64,000 nt of DNA from a virus. The DNA lies in the IMG/VR virus record IMGVR_UViG_3300037462_000828, positions 47,727 through 111,726 of that record; one strand, given 5' to 3'. The notes beneath the pieces are model-generated. The model searched no databases. It was not told the origin of the DNA and was given only the letters and a program-made list of their open reading frames with translations. Positions 47,350 to 56,203 of this stretch are shown piece by piece. Each line of letters begins with the position of its first letter. The stretch's first letter is position 1. Both the position numbers and the translations under genes were made by a program.

Positions 47350-48085
47350 GACGACCCGGCCGGCGGCGCCCCCGCCGGCTTGCCCCCCGCGATGGGGGCG
47401 CCTGACGCGAGAGCTTCCCCGCACCTCGGGGCGGCCGAGACCGCAACGGGCGCCCTTGGGTAGCTGCCGGCCCGTCACCTCGGTCGCGCCGTCAAGGGCG
47501 CGCGGGGCTCGGGCCGCCGACGTGCGATTCGATTGGACGCGCGCCGGCCCCCCGCCGAAAGCCCCCGCGAGGGCGGCCGAGTAGTCGGGGGAGCGGTGAC
47601 ATCGTCGGCGCGCCTGGCCCCCGGGTCTCGCGCGTCAGCCCCTCGGGGGCAGGCCCCGCCCGGGCCATTACGGGCAGCCCCGGGCGCGGGGCAACTCTTG
47701 CCGACCCACCACGCGTGGGCACGGTAGCGAGGTCGCCCCGGCGGCCTCAGCCCCCCGCCGGCGCAAAGGCCGGCGGTCAACCCTTGAGGGCTCGGCAGGC
47801 CCTCCGCTGCCCTTCGCGTTGGGCAGTCAACCGGCGCCGCGAGCGATCGCGCGCCGTGCCGAATGCGTGGCCCCGGCATCGGGGCGGTCGCGCGGGTCGG
47901 TCGGTACCGAGCGTCGAGCCAGCGCGACGGCGCCCTCGAGCGAAGCGGGTTCGAGTCCCGCCGCGTGAGCTAACCCAAAAAAAGAGAAGGCCCGGGCGCT
48001 CGCCGCCCGGCCGCCCTCCCGGCGCCCCGATCGACGGGTAGCGAACCCGGGGGCACGGGCGGCCGGGCGGTGGCCCGGGCTGTTG
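47350..48085 (+). ncRNA. Putative large structured non-coding RNA region
   Basis: No credible CDS; nested long-range stems, GNRA-capped hairpins, possible pseudoknots. Confidence 0.55.
47888..47969 (+). tRNA. Non-canonical tRNA-like cloverleaf
   Basis: Acceptor TCGCGCG/CGCGTGA; D stem TCGG/CCGA; stem CGTCG/CGACG with 8-nt loop; long variable region; T arm GCGGG-TTCGAGT-CCCGC; lacks U8, U33 and encoded CCA. Confidence 0.65.
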
Positions 48086-48126
48086 CTGCGCTTAACCGCC
48101 GCCCGGCTCCGGACGTTCCCCCGCGC

Positions 48127-48804
48127 ATGAGAAAGAGCGCGCAAGAAAGATTTTGGCCAAAGGTCGATCGGTCTGGCGGCCCGGATGCCTGCTGGCCCTG
48201 GCGCGCCACCGCGACCGACGACGGCTACGGTCTCTTCTGGGACGGCCGCCGCATGGCCAAGGCGCACCGGTTCGCTTACGAACTGACGCGCGGCCCGGTG
48301 CCGGAAGGCCTTCACGTTCTTCACGACTGCCCCGGCGGCGACAACCCGGCGTGCTGCAACGAACGGCACCTCTGGCTCGGCACGAACGACGACAACGTCG
48401 CCGATAAGGTAGCCAAGGGGCGCCAAGCCAAGGGCGAGGGGCACGCGGCAGTCATGCGCCGAGCCGCCGCCCGCGGCGACGCCAACGGCCTCCGCCTGCA
48501 CCCCGAGCGGGCCGCCCGAGGCGATGCGAGCGGGGCGCGCACCCGCCCCGAGCGTCGCCCGCGCGGCGAGGCCCACGGCCGAACAATGGCCGAAGTAGCC
48601 TCGCGCGGCGAAGCTCACTTCCGCGCGAAGCTGACCGACGCGGCCGTCGTCGACATTCGAACCTCGATCCTGACCGCGCGCGAACTCGGCGCGCGGTATG
48701 GCGTCTCCGAGCGCGTCGTACTCTACGCACGCTCGGGCAAGACGTGGAAGCACGTCGCGGCGCCACCTCCGGGCCCGCAGAAAGGCAGCGCGCCCGATGA
48801 CTAA
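48127..48804 (+). CDS. Free-standing HNH homing endonuclease
   Basis: RFWPKVD..CWPW..GYG..AHRFAYEL..VLHDC..DNPACCNERHLWLGTNDDN; ATG 9 nt after motif 48093-48117. Confidence 0.93.
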   Translation: MRKSAQERFWPKVDRSGGPDACWPWRATATDDGYGLFWDGRRMAKAHRFAYELTRGPVPEGLHVLHDCPGGDNPACCNERHLWLGTNDDNVADKVAKGRQAKGEGHAAVMRRAAARGDANGLRLHPERAARGDASGARTRPERRPRGEAHGRTMAEVASRGEAHFRAKLTDAAVVDIRTSILTARELGARYGVSERVVLYARSGKTWKHVAAPPPGPQKGSAPDD

Positions 48805-49012
48805 GCAAGCGAAGGCGGGTGCGGCGAAGGCCCACGCGGCCCAGTCGAGCGGCGAGGCCGCGGCCGTCTGGGTTCCGATCGAAGACCTCTTGCCTTGGGC
48901 AAAAAACCCAAGGAAAAATCAGCCCATCGCCGATGTCGCAGAGTCGATCAAAAAGTTCGGCTTCGCGGCCCCGATCATCGCGCGCGCGCCGACGGCGAGA
49001 CGACCCCGCTAG
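48797..49012 (+). pseudogene. Truncated ParB/Srx N-terminal domain
   Basis: WVPIEDLLPWAKNPRKN..VAESIKKFGFAAPII, then stops before the IIAGHxR motif. Confidence 0.7.
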
Positions 49013-49058
49013 CGCGACCGGGCCGAGGCGCGACGCCCGGCCGAGGCTCTCCCCCCGC

Positions 49059-49661
49059 ATGGCCCCCCCGACCAAGGCCGCCCCCGCGAAGGGCGCGGCC
49101 GACACAGCCCCGCCCGCGGGCCCCGCGACGCGCACCGGAAACGGCGGCACGCCCGTGCCCGTCAACAAGGCGGGGCGACCGCCGAGGTTCGTCGCCGAGC
49201 CGACGCTCGCGACCAACCTCTGCGCGCTGCTTAGCAACGGCGCGAGCCGCAACGTCGCGTGCCGGGCCCTCGGCCTCGAGCCCGCCATGCTCTCGCGGTG
49301 GATGGGGCGGGCGGGCAAAAAATACCGCGCGCTCCGGCAACAGGTCGAAAAGGCCGAGGCCGCGTACGTCATGCGCCACGTTCAGCGCATCAACAAGGCG
49401 GCCGAGAAGAGCTGGCAGGCCTCGGCCTGGGTGCTCGCCCGCAAGCTGCCCGAAGAGTTCGGCGCGCGCGACCGGGTGACCGTCGCCGGCGACCCGAAGG
49501 CGCCTCTTAGCGTCGATGTCAAAGACGTCAGCCACATGACGCTCGAGGAACTCGATGCCTACGAGGCCCGACTGCTCGAGGTCGCAGCCGCTCACGGCGC
49601 CTACGCCGGCGCTGGCGTTGCAGCTTCGGCTCATCGAGATCCAAAGGGAGCGCCTCCGTAG
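49059..49661 (+). CDS. terS: Terminase small subunit
   Basis: GRPPRF, HTH (GASRNVACRALGL..LSRW), WQASAWVLARK.PEEFG; immediately upstream of terL. Confidence 0.75.
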   Translation: MAPPTKAAPAKGAADTAPPAGPATRTGNGGTPVPVNKAGRPPRFVAEPTLATNLCALLSNGASRNVACRALGLEPAMLSRWMGRAGKKYRALRQQVEKAEAAYVMRHVQRINKAAEKSWQASAWVLARKLPEEFGARDRVTVAGDPKAPLSVDVKDVSHMTLEELDAYEARLLEVAAAHGAYAGAGVAASAHRDPKGAPP

Positions 49662-51165
49662 GCAGGCCGCCGAAAGCGAGCTGGCCGCCGAGCGCGACCG
49701 GCTGCTCGGCGAGTCGATTTACGACTTCATCCCGCGGGTTACCCACCAGCGGCACGCGCCCCCGACGCACCTCGACCCGCTCGTCGAACTCTTCGAACTC
49801 GCGTGGTCTCAGTCCGTCTGGGCGACGGCGCACGCCCCGCCTCGGCACGCCAAGACCGAGACATGCCTTGCCTTCCTGGCCCAGACGCTCGTCAAGTTCC
49901 CGCGCAAGCGCGTCGCCTACGTTACGTACGAGGCCACGCTCGCCGAGGAGAAGAGCCTCAAGGCCAAGGAACTCGCCGCCGAGGCGGGCCTCGCCTTCGG
50001 GGGCAAGCAGACCGCCCGACTCTGGCAGACCGCCGCCGGCGGATCGTTTCGGGCGACGGGCATCGGCGGGCCGCTCACCGGGAGCGGCGTCGACATTCTC
50101 GTCGTCGACGACCCCTACAAAAATTACCAGCAGGCCGAATCGGGCGCGTGGCGCCGCATGGTCAACGACTGGTGGGAGGCCGTCGCCGGCACCCGCATCG
50201 AGCCCGGCGGCTCGGCGTTCGTGTTTCACACCCGTTGGACGGCCCAGGATCTGACCGGCTACGTCCACAAGCGCGACGGGCTCTACGCCCGCGGCGGCAT
50301 GTGGCGCGACGTCATCCTGCCGGCCATCGCCGACGTTGACGTGCCGGCCGACCCGCGCCGCCCGTTCTCCCGCGCCCGATCGCAGGGCGAGGCGCTTTGG
50401 CCCGAGCGCTGGTCGGTCGCGAACTTTGACCGAGCGCGGCGCAACGCCTTCGTCTGGGCGGCGCTTTTTCAAGGCGCCCCCCGCCCGCGCGACGGCGCGC
50501 TCTTCGGCGAGCCGTCGTTCTACCGGGGGCTGCTGCCCCAGTGCGCCACGCGCGCCGTCGTCGGGCTCGACTTCAACTACACGGCGAGCACGAAAAACGA
50601 CTACTCGGCCGCGGTCGCCCTCGTTGGCGAGCCGGGGCGGCAGTACGTCGCCATGGCCAAGCGCCGGCAATGCCGCGCGCCCGACTTCGTCGCGACGATC
50701 CTCGAGTTCAAGGCGGCCTTCCCCTACGCGCGGTTCGTCGCCTACGCGGCCAACGGCCCGGAGAAAGGCGTCGTTGACCTCGTCAACGCGCTGCTCGCGC
50801 CTCACGGCGTCTTCGTCGAGCACATGCCGGCGACGACCGACAAGTACCAGCGCGCGCAGGCGACGGCCGCCCGCTGGAACGCCGGCGAGATCGTTGTGCC
50901 CCAGGGCGGCGATCCAGACTGCCCGGCCTGCGCCCTGCGCAACACCGTCGCCGGCGCGGGCGCGTGCTCCGAGCACGCCGCCCCCGAGTGGATCGACGAT
51001 CTGCTCGCCGAGGTCTGCGCCTTCACGGGCAAGAACGATCCGCACGACGACTTCGTCGACGCCCTCGCCGGCGCCTCCGACGCGATCGGCGCGTTTACCG
51101 ACCCGGTCGACATCGACTCGTTCGTCGTCGGCGGCCAGCGCGGCCGGGGCCGGCGCTCGCGTTGA
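49555..51165 (+). CDS. terL: Terminase large subunit (start uncertain)
   Basis: PPRHAKT, GIGGPLTG..LVVDDPYK, TRW..DL, LWPERW, GLD, DYSA, HDDFVDAL. Confidence 0.95.
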   Translation: MPTRPDCSRSQPLTAPTPALALQLRLIEIQRERLRRQAAESELAAERDRLLGESIYDFIPRVTHQRHAPPTHLDPLVELFELAWSQSVWATAHAPPRHAKTETCLAFLAQTLVKFPRKRVAYVTYEATLAEEKSLKAKELAAEAGLAFGGKQTARLWQTAAGGSFRATGIGGPLTGSGVDILVVDDPYKNYQQAESGAWRRMVNDWWEAVAGTRIEPGGSAFVFHTRWTAQDLTGYVHKRDGLYARGGMWRDVILPAIADVDVPADPRRPFSRARSQGEALWPERWSVANFDRARRNAFVWAALFQGAPRPRDGALFGEPSFYRGLLPQCATRAVVGLDFNYTASTKNDYSAAVALVGEPGRQYVAMAKRRQCRAPDFVATILEFKAAFPYARFVAYAANGPEKGVVDLVNALLAPHGVFVEHMPATTDKYQRAQATAARWNAGEIVVPQGGDPDCPACALRNTVAGAGACSEHAAPEWIDDLLAEVCAFTGKNDPHDDFVDALAGASDAIGAFTDPVDIDSFVVGGQRGRGRRSR

Positions 51166-51179
51166 GGACACCCGAACCC

Positions 51180-53342
51180 ATGAGCCGACCGAAGATCTCG
51201 CGCCAGCAGCGCCGCGCGCTCACCCGCGCGGCGGTCGACGCGCTCGCCAAGCAACTCGCCGGCGGCCTCGCGCCGGCCGCCCGCCCCGTCGCCGCGCCCT
51301 CGGGCCCGGGCGCCCGCCCCGCCGACAAGGCGCCCGGCGCGCCCGGCGCGCCCGTCGTGCTCGCGCGCCGCGCGGGCATCCGGGTCGGCGACCTCGACCG
51401 CGAGCCGTCGACGCAGATGCGCCGGCTCTGGGACCCCGACCGCGTGCGCCTCGCCGAGGCCCATTCGGACTGGGGCAACCTCGAGCTTGTCGCCGAGCTA
51501 TGCGACGCGATGCTCGGCGACGGCGACATCCGAAGCGCCATCGAGAAGCGCGTGCGCGCGGTCTACCGGGCGAAGCTCACCTTTTCGCCCGGCAAGGGCC
51601 GGCGCAAGCGCTCGGCCGCCAAGGCGATGGAGGCCGAGGACGACTGGTGGACGATCGTCCCCGAGTCGGAGTTCTGCCAGTGGGCGATGTGGGCGCTCCT
51701 TCTCGGCGTCTCGCTCGCCCAAATCGAGTGGCCCGACGCCGACGCCGAGACCGGTCGGCGCGTGCCGACGATTCGGTTTTGGCACCCGAGAACTTTGCGC
51801 TTTGACATCATGAGCCGCCGCTGGCTCGTGCGCACCGAGAACCGCGGCGAGGTCGACCTCGGCGACAAGGCCGAGGCCGGGCGCTGGCTCATGCTCGCGC
51901 CCTACGGCTCGAACCGCCCGTGGGCCTCGGGCCTCTGGCGCTCGCTGTGGCCCTGGTACCTCCTCACGACGTACGCGGTCATTGATTGGGGAGAGGCCTC
52001 GGGCTCCGACTCGATCAAGGTCATCACCGAAGAGACGAGCCCGCAGCAGGGGCCGCTCGCGGGGCCGAGCGGGTACGTCTCGACGACGTCGAAGCTCCGG
52101 CAAGACCTTCACGACGTCGTCGCCGCGATGGGCGCAAGGGGCTCGATCGCGCTCCCGCCAGGCTACTCGCTCGACCTCCTCAGCCAGCCGGCGAATACGC
52201 ACCAAAAGTACGTCGACCAGATCGGCGTGTCGGCGAAACAGAAGGACGTCGTCATCCTCGGCACCGACATGGCAAGCCGGGGCGAGGACTCGAACCGGGC
52301 GACCGGCCAGACGGGCGAGTCGATCCTCTGCCTCTACGCCTCGAGCGACGCCGAGACGTACGCGACCGTGCTCTACGAGCTCTTGAAGCTCTGGGCGCTC
52401 GCGAACTTCGGCGACACGCGCGCCGCGGTCTGGCCGAACTGGCAGACGCAAAAGCCGCTCGACCTCAAGCTCCGCGCCGAGGGCATCGGCCTACTCGCAA
52501 CCGCCGTCAAGGCGTCGCGCGAGGTCGGCGCCCCCATCGACGCGCGGGCCCTCTACGAAGAGTACGAGGTCCCGACGCTTGAGCCGAAGCGCGACGCCGC
52601 CGGCAAGGTCGACCCGTGGGCCGACGTCAACGACAGTAAGTTCTACCAATACCACCTCGAGTTCGGCATCGCGACCGCCGACGAGTACCGGACAAAGCTC
52701 GGCCTCGTCGCCTGGGGCGGCGAGAAGGGCGAGGCGATTCCGACGAAGGTCGCCGACCCGAACGCCGCGCCCGCTGCGGGCGAGGTCGGCGGGGAAGGGG
52801 GCGGCGGGGGCGCCCCCGGCGGCAAGGCCGGCACGCCCCCCCGGGGGGGCGGCTCGGGCGCGCCGAAGAGCGGGGGCGGCAGTGGCAGCCCCGCGCCGGG
52901 CCCCGAAGGGGGCAAGGCGGGCTCGGGCGGCGGGGGCAAGGCCGACCCGAACAGGCCATCGCAAGGGGCCGAGAAGGCCGACCTAGGGCGCGTGCCCGGG
53001 CCCCTGACCCTCGCCCGCTCGGCCGAGGGGCCGGCGATCGAGGGGCTCGCCTATTGCGACGCCGTTACCGACGCGGCCCTCCGGGTCGCCCCCCGCGTAC
53101 TCGCCGCCGTCGTCGAGGGGATCGCCGAGGCGCTCGGCGAGGGCGACTACGAGGCGTGTCGGGCGAGGCTGCTCGAACTCGCCGGGGCCGACCCGCCCCC
53201 GGCCCTTCACCGGCTGCTCGGCCAGGTCGCCGCCATGGCCGCCGCCGCCGGCGCCTACTCGGGCTCGGTCGAGGACCCCTACGACGGGCCGGCCGACGGC
53301 GAGGGCGACCCGCCCCTGACCGGCCCCGGGGGCGACGCGTGA
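51180..53342 (+). CDS. Portal protein (Mu gp29/DUF935-like) with Gly-rich linker
   Basis: Follows terL; LCDAMLGDGDIRSAIEKR, G.S..QIEW, PWASGL, VILGT. Confidence 0.8.
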   Translation: MSRPKISRQQRRALTRAAVDALAKQLAGGLAPAARPVAAPSGPGARPADKAPGAPGAPVVLARRAGIRVGDLDREPSTQMRRLWDPDRVRLAEAHSDWGNLELVAELCDAMLGDGDIRSAIEKRVRAVYRAKLTFSPGKGRRKRSAAKAMEAEDDWWTIVPESEFCQWAMWALLLGVSLAQIEWPDADAETGRRVPTIRFWHPRTLRFDIMSRRWLVRTENRGEVDLGDKAEAGRWLMLAPYGSNRPWASGLWRSLWPWYLLTTYAVIDWGEASGSDSIKVITEETSPQQGPLAGPSGYVSTTSKLRQDLHDVVAAMGARGSIALPPGYSLDLLSQPANTHQKYVDQIGVSAKQKDVVILGTDMASRGEDSNRATGQTGESILCLYASSDAETYATVLYELLKLWALANFGDTRAAVWPNWQTQKPLDLKLRAEGIGLLATAVKASREVGAPIDARALYEEYEVPTLEPKRDAAGKVDPWADVNDSKFYQYHLEFGIATADEYRTKLGLVAWGGEKGEAIPTKVADPNAAPAAGEVGGEGGGGGAPGGKAGTPPRGGGSGAPKSGGGSGSPAPGPEGGKAGSGGGGKADPNRPSQGAEKADLGRVPGPLTLARSAEGPAIEGLAYCDAVTDAALRVAPRVLAAVVEGIAEALGEGDYEACRARLLELAGADPPPALHRLLGQVAAMAAAAGAYSGSVEDPYDGPADGEGDPPLTGPGGDA

Positions 53343-53358
53343 CAAAGGAACGAATGCC

Positions 53359-53691
53359 ATGAGCGAAACCAAGTCGCTGGCCCAAGTCGGCTACGAGGGG
53401 TACTCCGCGGACACGGGCGGCAAGACGTTTGACGGTCGACCCATGCCCGTCTGGTCGGCCCTCAAGGGGCACACGCCCCGGGCCTGGCAGGCGGCGACGC
53501 GGGCGATCGCCGCCCGCCTGCTCGGCCCCGACCTCGCCCGGCTCGTCGCGATGGCCGAGCACTACAAGGCGGTTGCCGCCGAGGCGGCGCAGGCCGCCGC
53601 CGACGGCGTACCCTACGAGGGGCGGCACGTCTTTAACGAGCGCCTCGAGACGGCGGCCGAGCACCTCGTCGACGCGGCCCTTCGGCTGTGA
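53359..53691 (+). CDS. Hypothetical phage protein
   Basis: AAGGA RBS; YEGY..TGGKTFDGRPMP.W. Confidence 0.7.
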   Translation: MSETKSLAQVGYEGYSADTGGKTFDGRPMPVWSALKGHTPRAWQAATRAIAARLLGPDLARLVAMAEHYKAVAAEAAQAAADGVPYEGRHVFNERLETAAEHLVDAALRL

Positions 53692-53940
53692 ACCCCCGCC
53701 GCCGGCGCCTCGCGCGCTCGCGGCGCCGGGGCGAGCGCTTTCGCCTTGGCGCCCTGTGCCGGGCGCTTCACGACCACCTGCTCGCCGACGGCGAGAGCGG
53801 CTGGCTCGGACAACCCGCCGACCTCTCCGACATCGTCCGGGCGAGCACGTGGCCGTGGTGCGGGCCCCGCCCCCGATGACCCGCGCGCCCGCACCGGCCG
53901 ACCGCGCCCGGGGCCGCTCGGGGCCGGTCACGCTACGGGT

Positions 53941-54354
53941 ATGCAAACGCCCTCCCCCGCCGAGCCCGCCGTCATCCGATCGAAGAACGGCAACTGGTAC
54001 AAGCGCCTCCCGAACGGCGTCGTTACCTGCCGCGTCCTTCACGTCGGGCCGAACCGCAGCGAGCGCCTGCGCATCGCCTGCCTCGCACGGCGTGAGAAGC
54101 GCCGCGCGGCCCGGGCGGCTGCGCGCCGGCCGGGGCTGCTCGTGCTCGACGAGCGCGCCTCGAACGCGAGGCGGCTCTACCGGGCCGGCGCGATCGAGCT
54201 TCCCACCGGCTTCGCCATCGGGGTGGACGCGGCCGACGGCGCGGTCGGCGGAACGGTCGCCTCGTACCTCGCCAACGTCGAGACGGCGTCGAAGATGGTC
54301 GACGCGTCGATCGCCGGCGCCTACTCGACCGGCAACGGCCACCTCAAGGCCTAA
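53941..54354 (+). CDS. Hypothetical protein
   Basis: ORF ending at the hairpin. Confidence 0.55.
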   Translation: MQTPSPAEPAVIRSKNGNWYKRLPNGVVTCRVLHVGPNRSERLRIACLARREKRRAARAAARRPGLLVLDERASNARRLYRAGAIELPTGFAIGVDAADGAVGGTVASYLANVETASKMVDASIAGAYSTGNGHLKA

Positions 54355-54389
54355 AAAAGAAGCCCCGGGGTGTTTCGGCCCGGGGCTTC
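54353..54389 (-). terminator. Intrinsic terminator oriented for the minus strand
   Basis: A6 then GAAGCCCCGGG-N9-CCCGGGGCTTC. Confidence 0.65.
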
Positions 54390-54482
54390 GCGCGTCGACT
54401 CGGGGCAGGGGGTGGCAAGCCCGGGCCGGCGGCGCAACCCACTTCTACCGCCGGCCCACGCCCGGCCGCAAGGCAAAACGAC

Positions 54483-54830
54483 ATGACCCTTTTCTCCGCC
54501 CTCGTGCGCCGCGTGCGCGCCGCCCTCGAGACCGACCACGACCTCGAGGTCTTTCGCAAGCGCGCCGCCCGCGCCCTCGCGGTCTTCCCCGAGGGGTACG
54601 CCCGAGGCGCCCGCGCCTACCGTGACCCGATCGGCCGGACGCGCCTTATCCTGCTGCTCGACTCGGGCCACTTCCCGACCGATACGGCGCTCCAATACGT
54701 CATCGGTCTCCTGTCCGCGCAGGGCGGGAGTTACCACCTCGACGACGTCGCTACGCCCGAACTCGAGGCCGACCCGATCGACGGCGTGCCGATGGCGCGC
54801 GCCATCGTCGCCGACGTGGCGTGGTTCTGA
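54483..54830 (+). CDS. Hypothetical protein
   Basis: Globular ORF. Confidence 0.6.
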   Translation: MTLFSALVRRVRAALETDHDLEVFRKRAARALAVFPEGYARGARAYRDPIGRTRLILLLDSGHFPTDTALQYVIGLLSAQGGSYHLDDVATPELEADPIDGVPMARAIVADVAWF

Positions 54831-55281
54831 TGGCCTGCCCCGTCGGCATCGCCGACTGCGCCATGTGCGCGCTCGGCTACGCCCACCGCGTCGGCTTCGA
54901 GCCCGTCGCCGAGCGCCTCGTTGCTGACCCCCTCGCCCCGGGCGGCGTTCGGTTCGCGAGCGCCGAGGCCGTGACGTTCGCCACCGGCGTGCAAGAGCCC
55001 GCCCGCCTCGCCGCCTCGGGCCCGCCCCCGGGCAAGCGCCCGCGCGTGGCCGGCGAGCCGTGCTGCGAGGCCCTCGCCCCGGGCGGCGTCGGGCACTGCG
55101 CGTGCGACCCGCGCTGGACCTCCCTCGCCCCCGCCGCGCCGGCCGCCCGCCTCGTGCTCGGCGTCCGCTCCCCCGGCGACTGGGCCGACGAGACCGACTA
55201 GGGCCGCCACCTTGGGGGCCCGGGGCCGTGTGGCCATGGTTGCTACGTCGCCCCGGCCCCGGGGCGCCGGAGACCCCGCCC

Positions 55282-55932
55282 ATGCCCGACCCCAAGCGCT
55301 CGCCCTCGTCGGCGGCCAAGACCCTGTTTCAAACCGCGGCCGAGATGTTCGGCGGCGGCCCCCTCGGCGGCGACGATAGATCCTTCGCCGACGTCGTGCT
55401 CGAGCGGCTCGCCGCCAAGCGGTCGGCCGCCGAGGCCGTCAAGGTCGAGCCAGCGAAGCCGATCCCCATCGACGTCAAGGTCGTCGTCGCCGATAACGAC
55501 CCGGCGCAACTCGAGCGCTTCGCCGCCCGGGCAGAGCCCGGCGCGGGCGACACGCTCGGCCCAGCAGGCCCCGGGCAGTGGCTCGTCGAGGGCCCGGGCT
55601 ACGGCCTGCCGTCGCCTGGCCTCGGCGACGCCTTCAAGCGGCCGCCTCTTCTCGGCGACCGCGTGTACTTCACGCCGCCGCCGAACCCCGACGCCCTGCG
55701 CGCCGAGAAGCGCCTCGACGCGTTCTACCCGGTAAGGCCCTACCCGGCGCCCGTCGTACTCGCCGCCGACGTCATCCGAGTCGACGCCGAGGGCACGGTC
55801 TCGCTCTTCGTCAAATGCCCCGTCGAGGGGCCCTACGCCGTCCATCGCGTCGAGCAGGCGCCCGACGGCGTCGAGCCCGGCACGGCCGAGGCGGCCTGCC
55901 TCTGGTCGTGGCCCCCCGCGAGGCTGACGTGA
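55282..55932 (+). CDS. Hypothetical phage protein
   Basis: C-terminal GDRVYF..AADVIRV..VSLFV..WSWPP module. Confidence 0.65.
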   Translation: MPDPKRSPSSAAKTLFQTAAEMFGGGPLGGDDRSFADVVLERLAAKRSAAEAVKVEPAKPIPIDVKVVVADNDPAQLERFAARAEPGAGDTLGPAGPGQWLVEGPGYGLPSPGLGDAFKRPPLLGDRVYFTPPPNPDALRAEKRLDAFYPVRPYPAPVVLAADVIRVDAEGTVSLFVKCPVEGPYAVHRVEQAPDGVEPGTAEAACLWSWPPARLT

Positions 55933-56203
55933 GGGAGGAGCACGCGCCGCCGCTCGCGGGCCACGCCCCGACCGACCACGAGCCGGCCCCCGAGGCGCGC
56001 CCCTGGCGCCACGTCTCGACGCGCCTTGCCGACGCAACCGGCCGGACGCTCGGCGAAGACGACCTCGCCGCCCTCGCGGGCGCCCTCGGCCGGGGCTTGA
56101 CCGCCGAAGACGTGCGCGCCGCCTTCGCCTCGTTCGAAGCGAGCGCCGCCATCGACCGAAGCCGAGACCGCAACCGCCGCAAGCGCCAGCGAAAGGCCCG
56201 ACG

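Noticed and set aside
47522-47900. Group II intron (GTGCG start) or group I intron hosting the HNH
   Set aside because: No domain V or P7-forming R/S elements seen, no interrupted exon, and the HNH has its own promoter
47881-47975. tmRNA (GGGGC 5' end plus T arm)
   Set aside because: The 3' strand CGCGTGA pairs with TCGCGCG rather than GGGGCGG; no CCA and no tag reading frame
47350-48804. HEARO/omegaRNA-IscB RNA-guided nuclease
   Set aside because: The adjacent HNH is an ordinary phage HNH with no PLMP or RuvC motifs; adjacency alone is not evidence
54445-54470. Extra copy of the promoter motif (CTAC-N16-GCCGCA)
   Set aside because: Mismatches in both boxes; not counted among the 16
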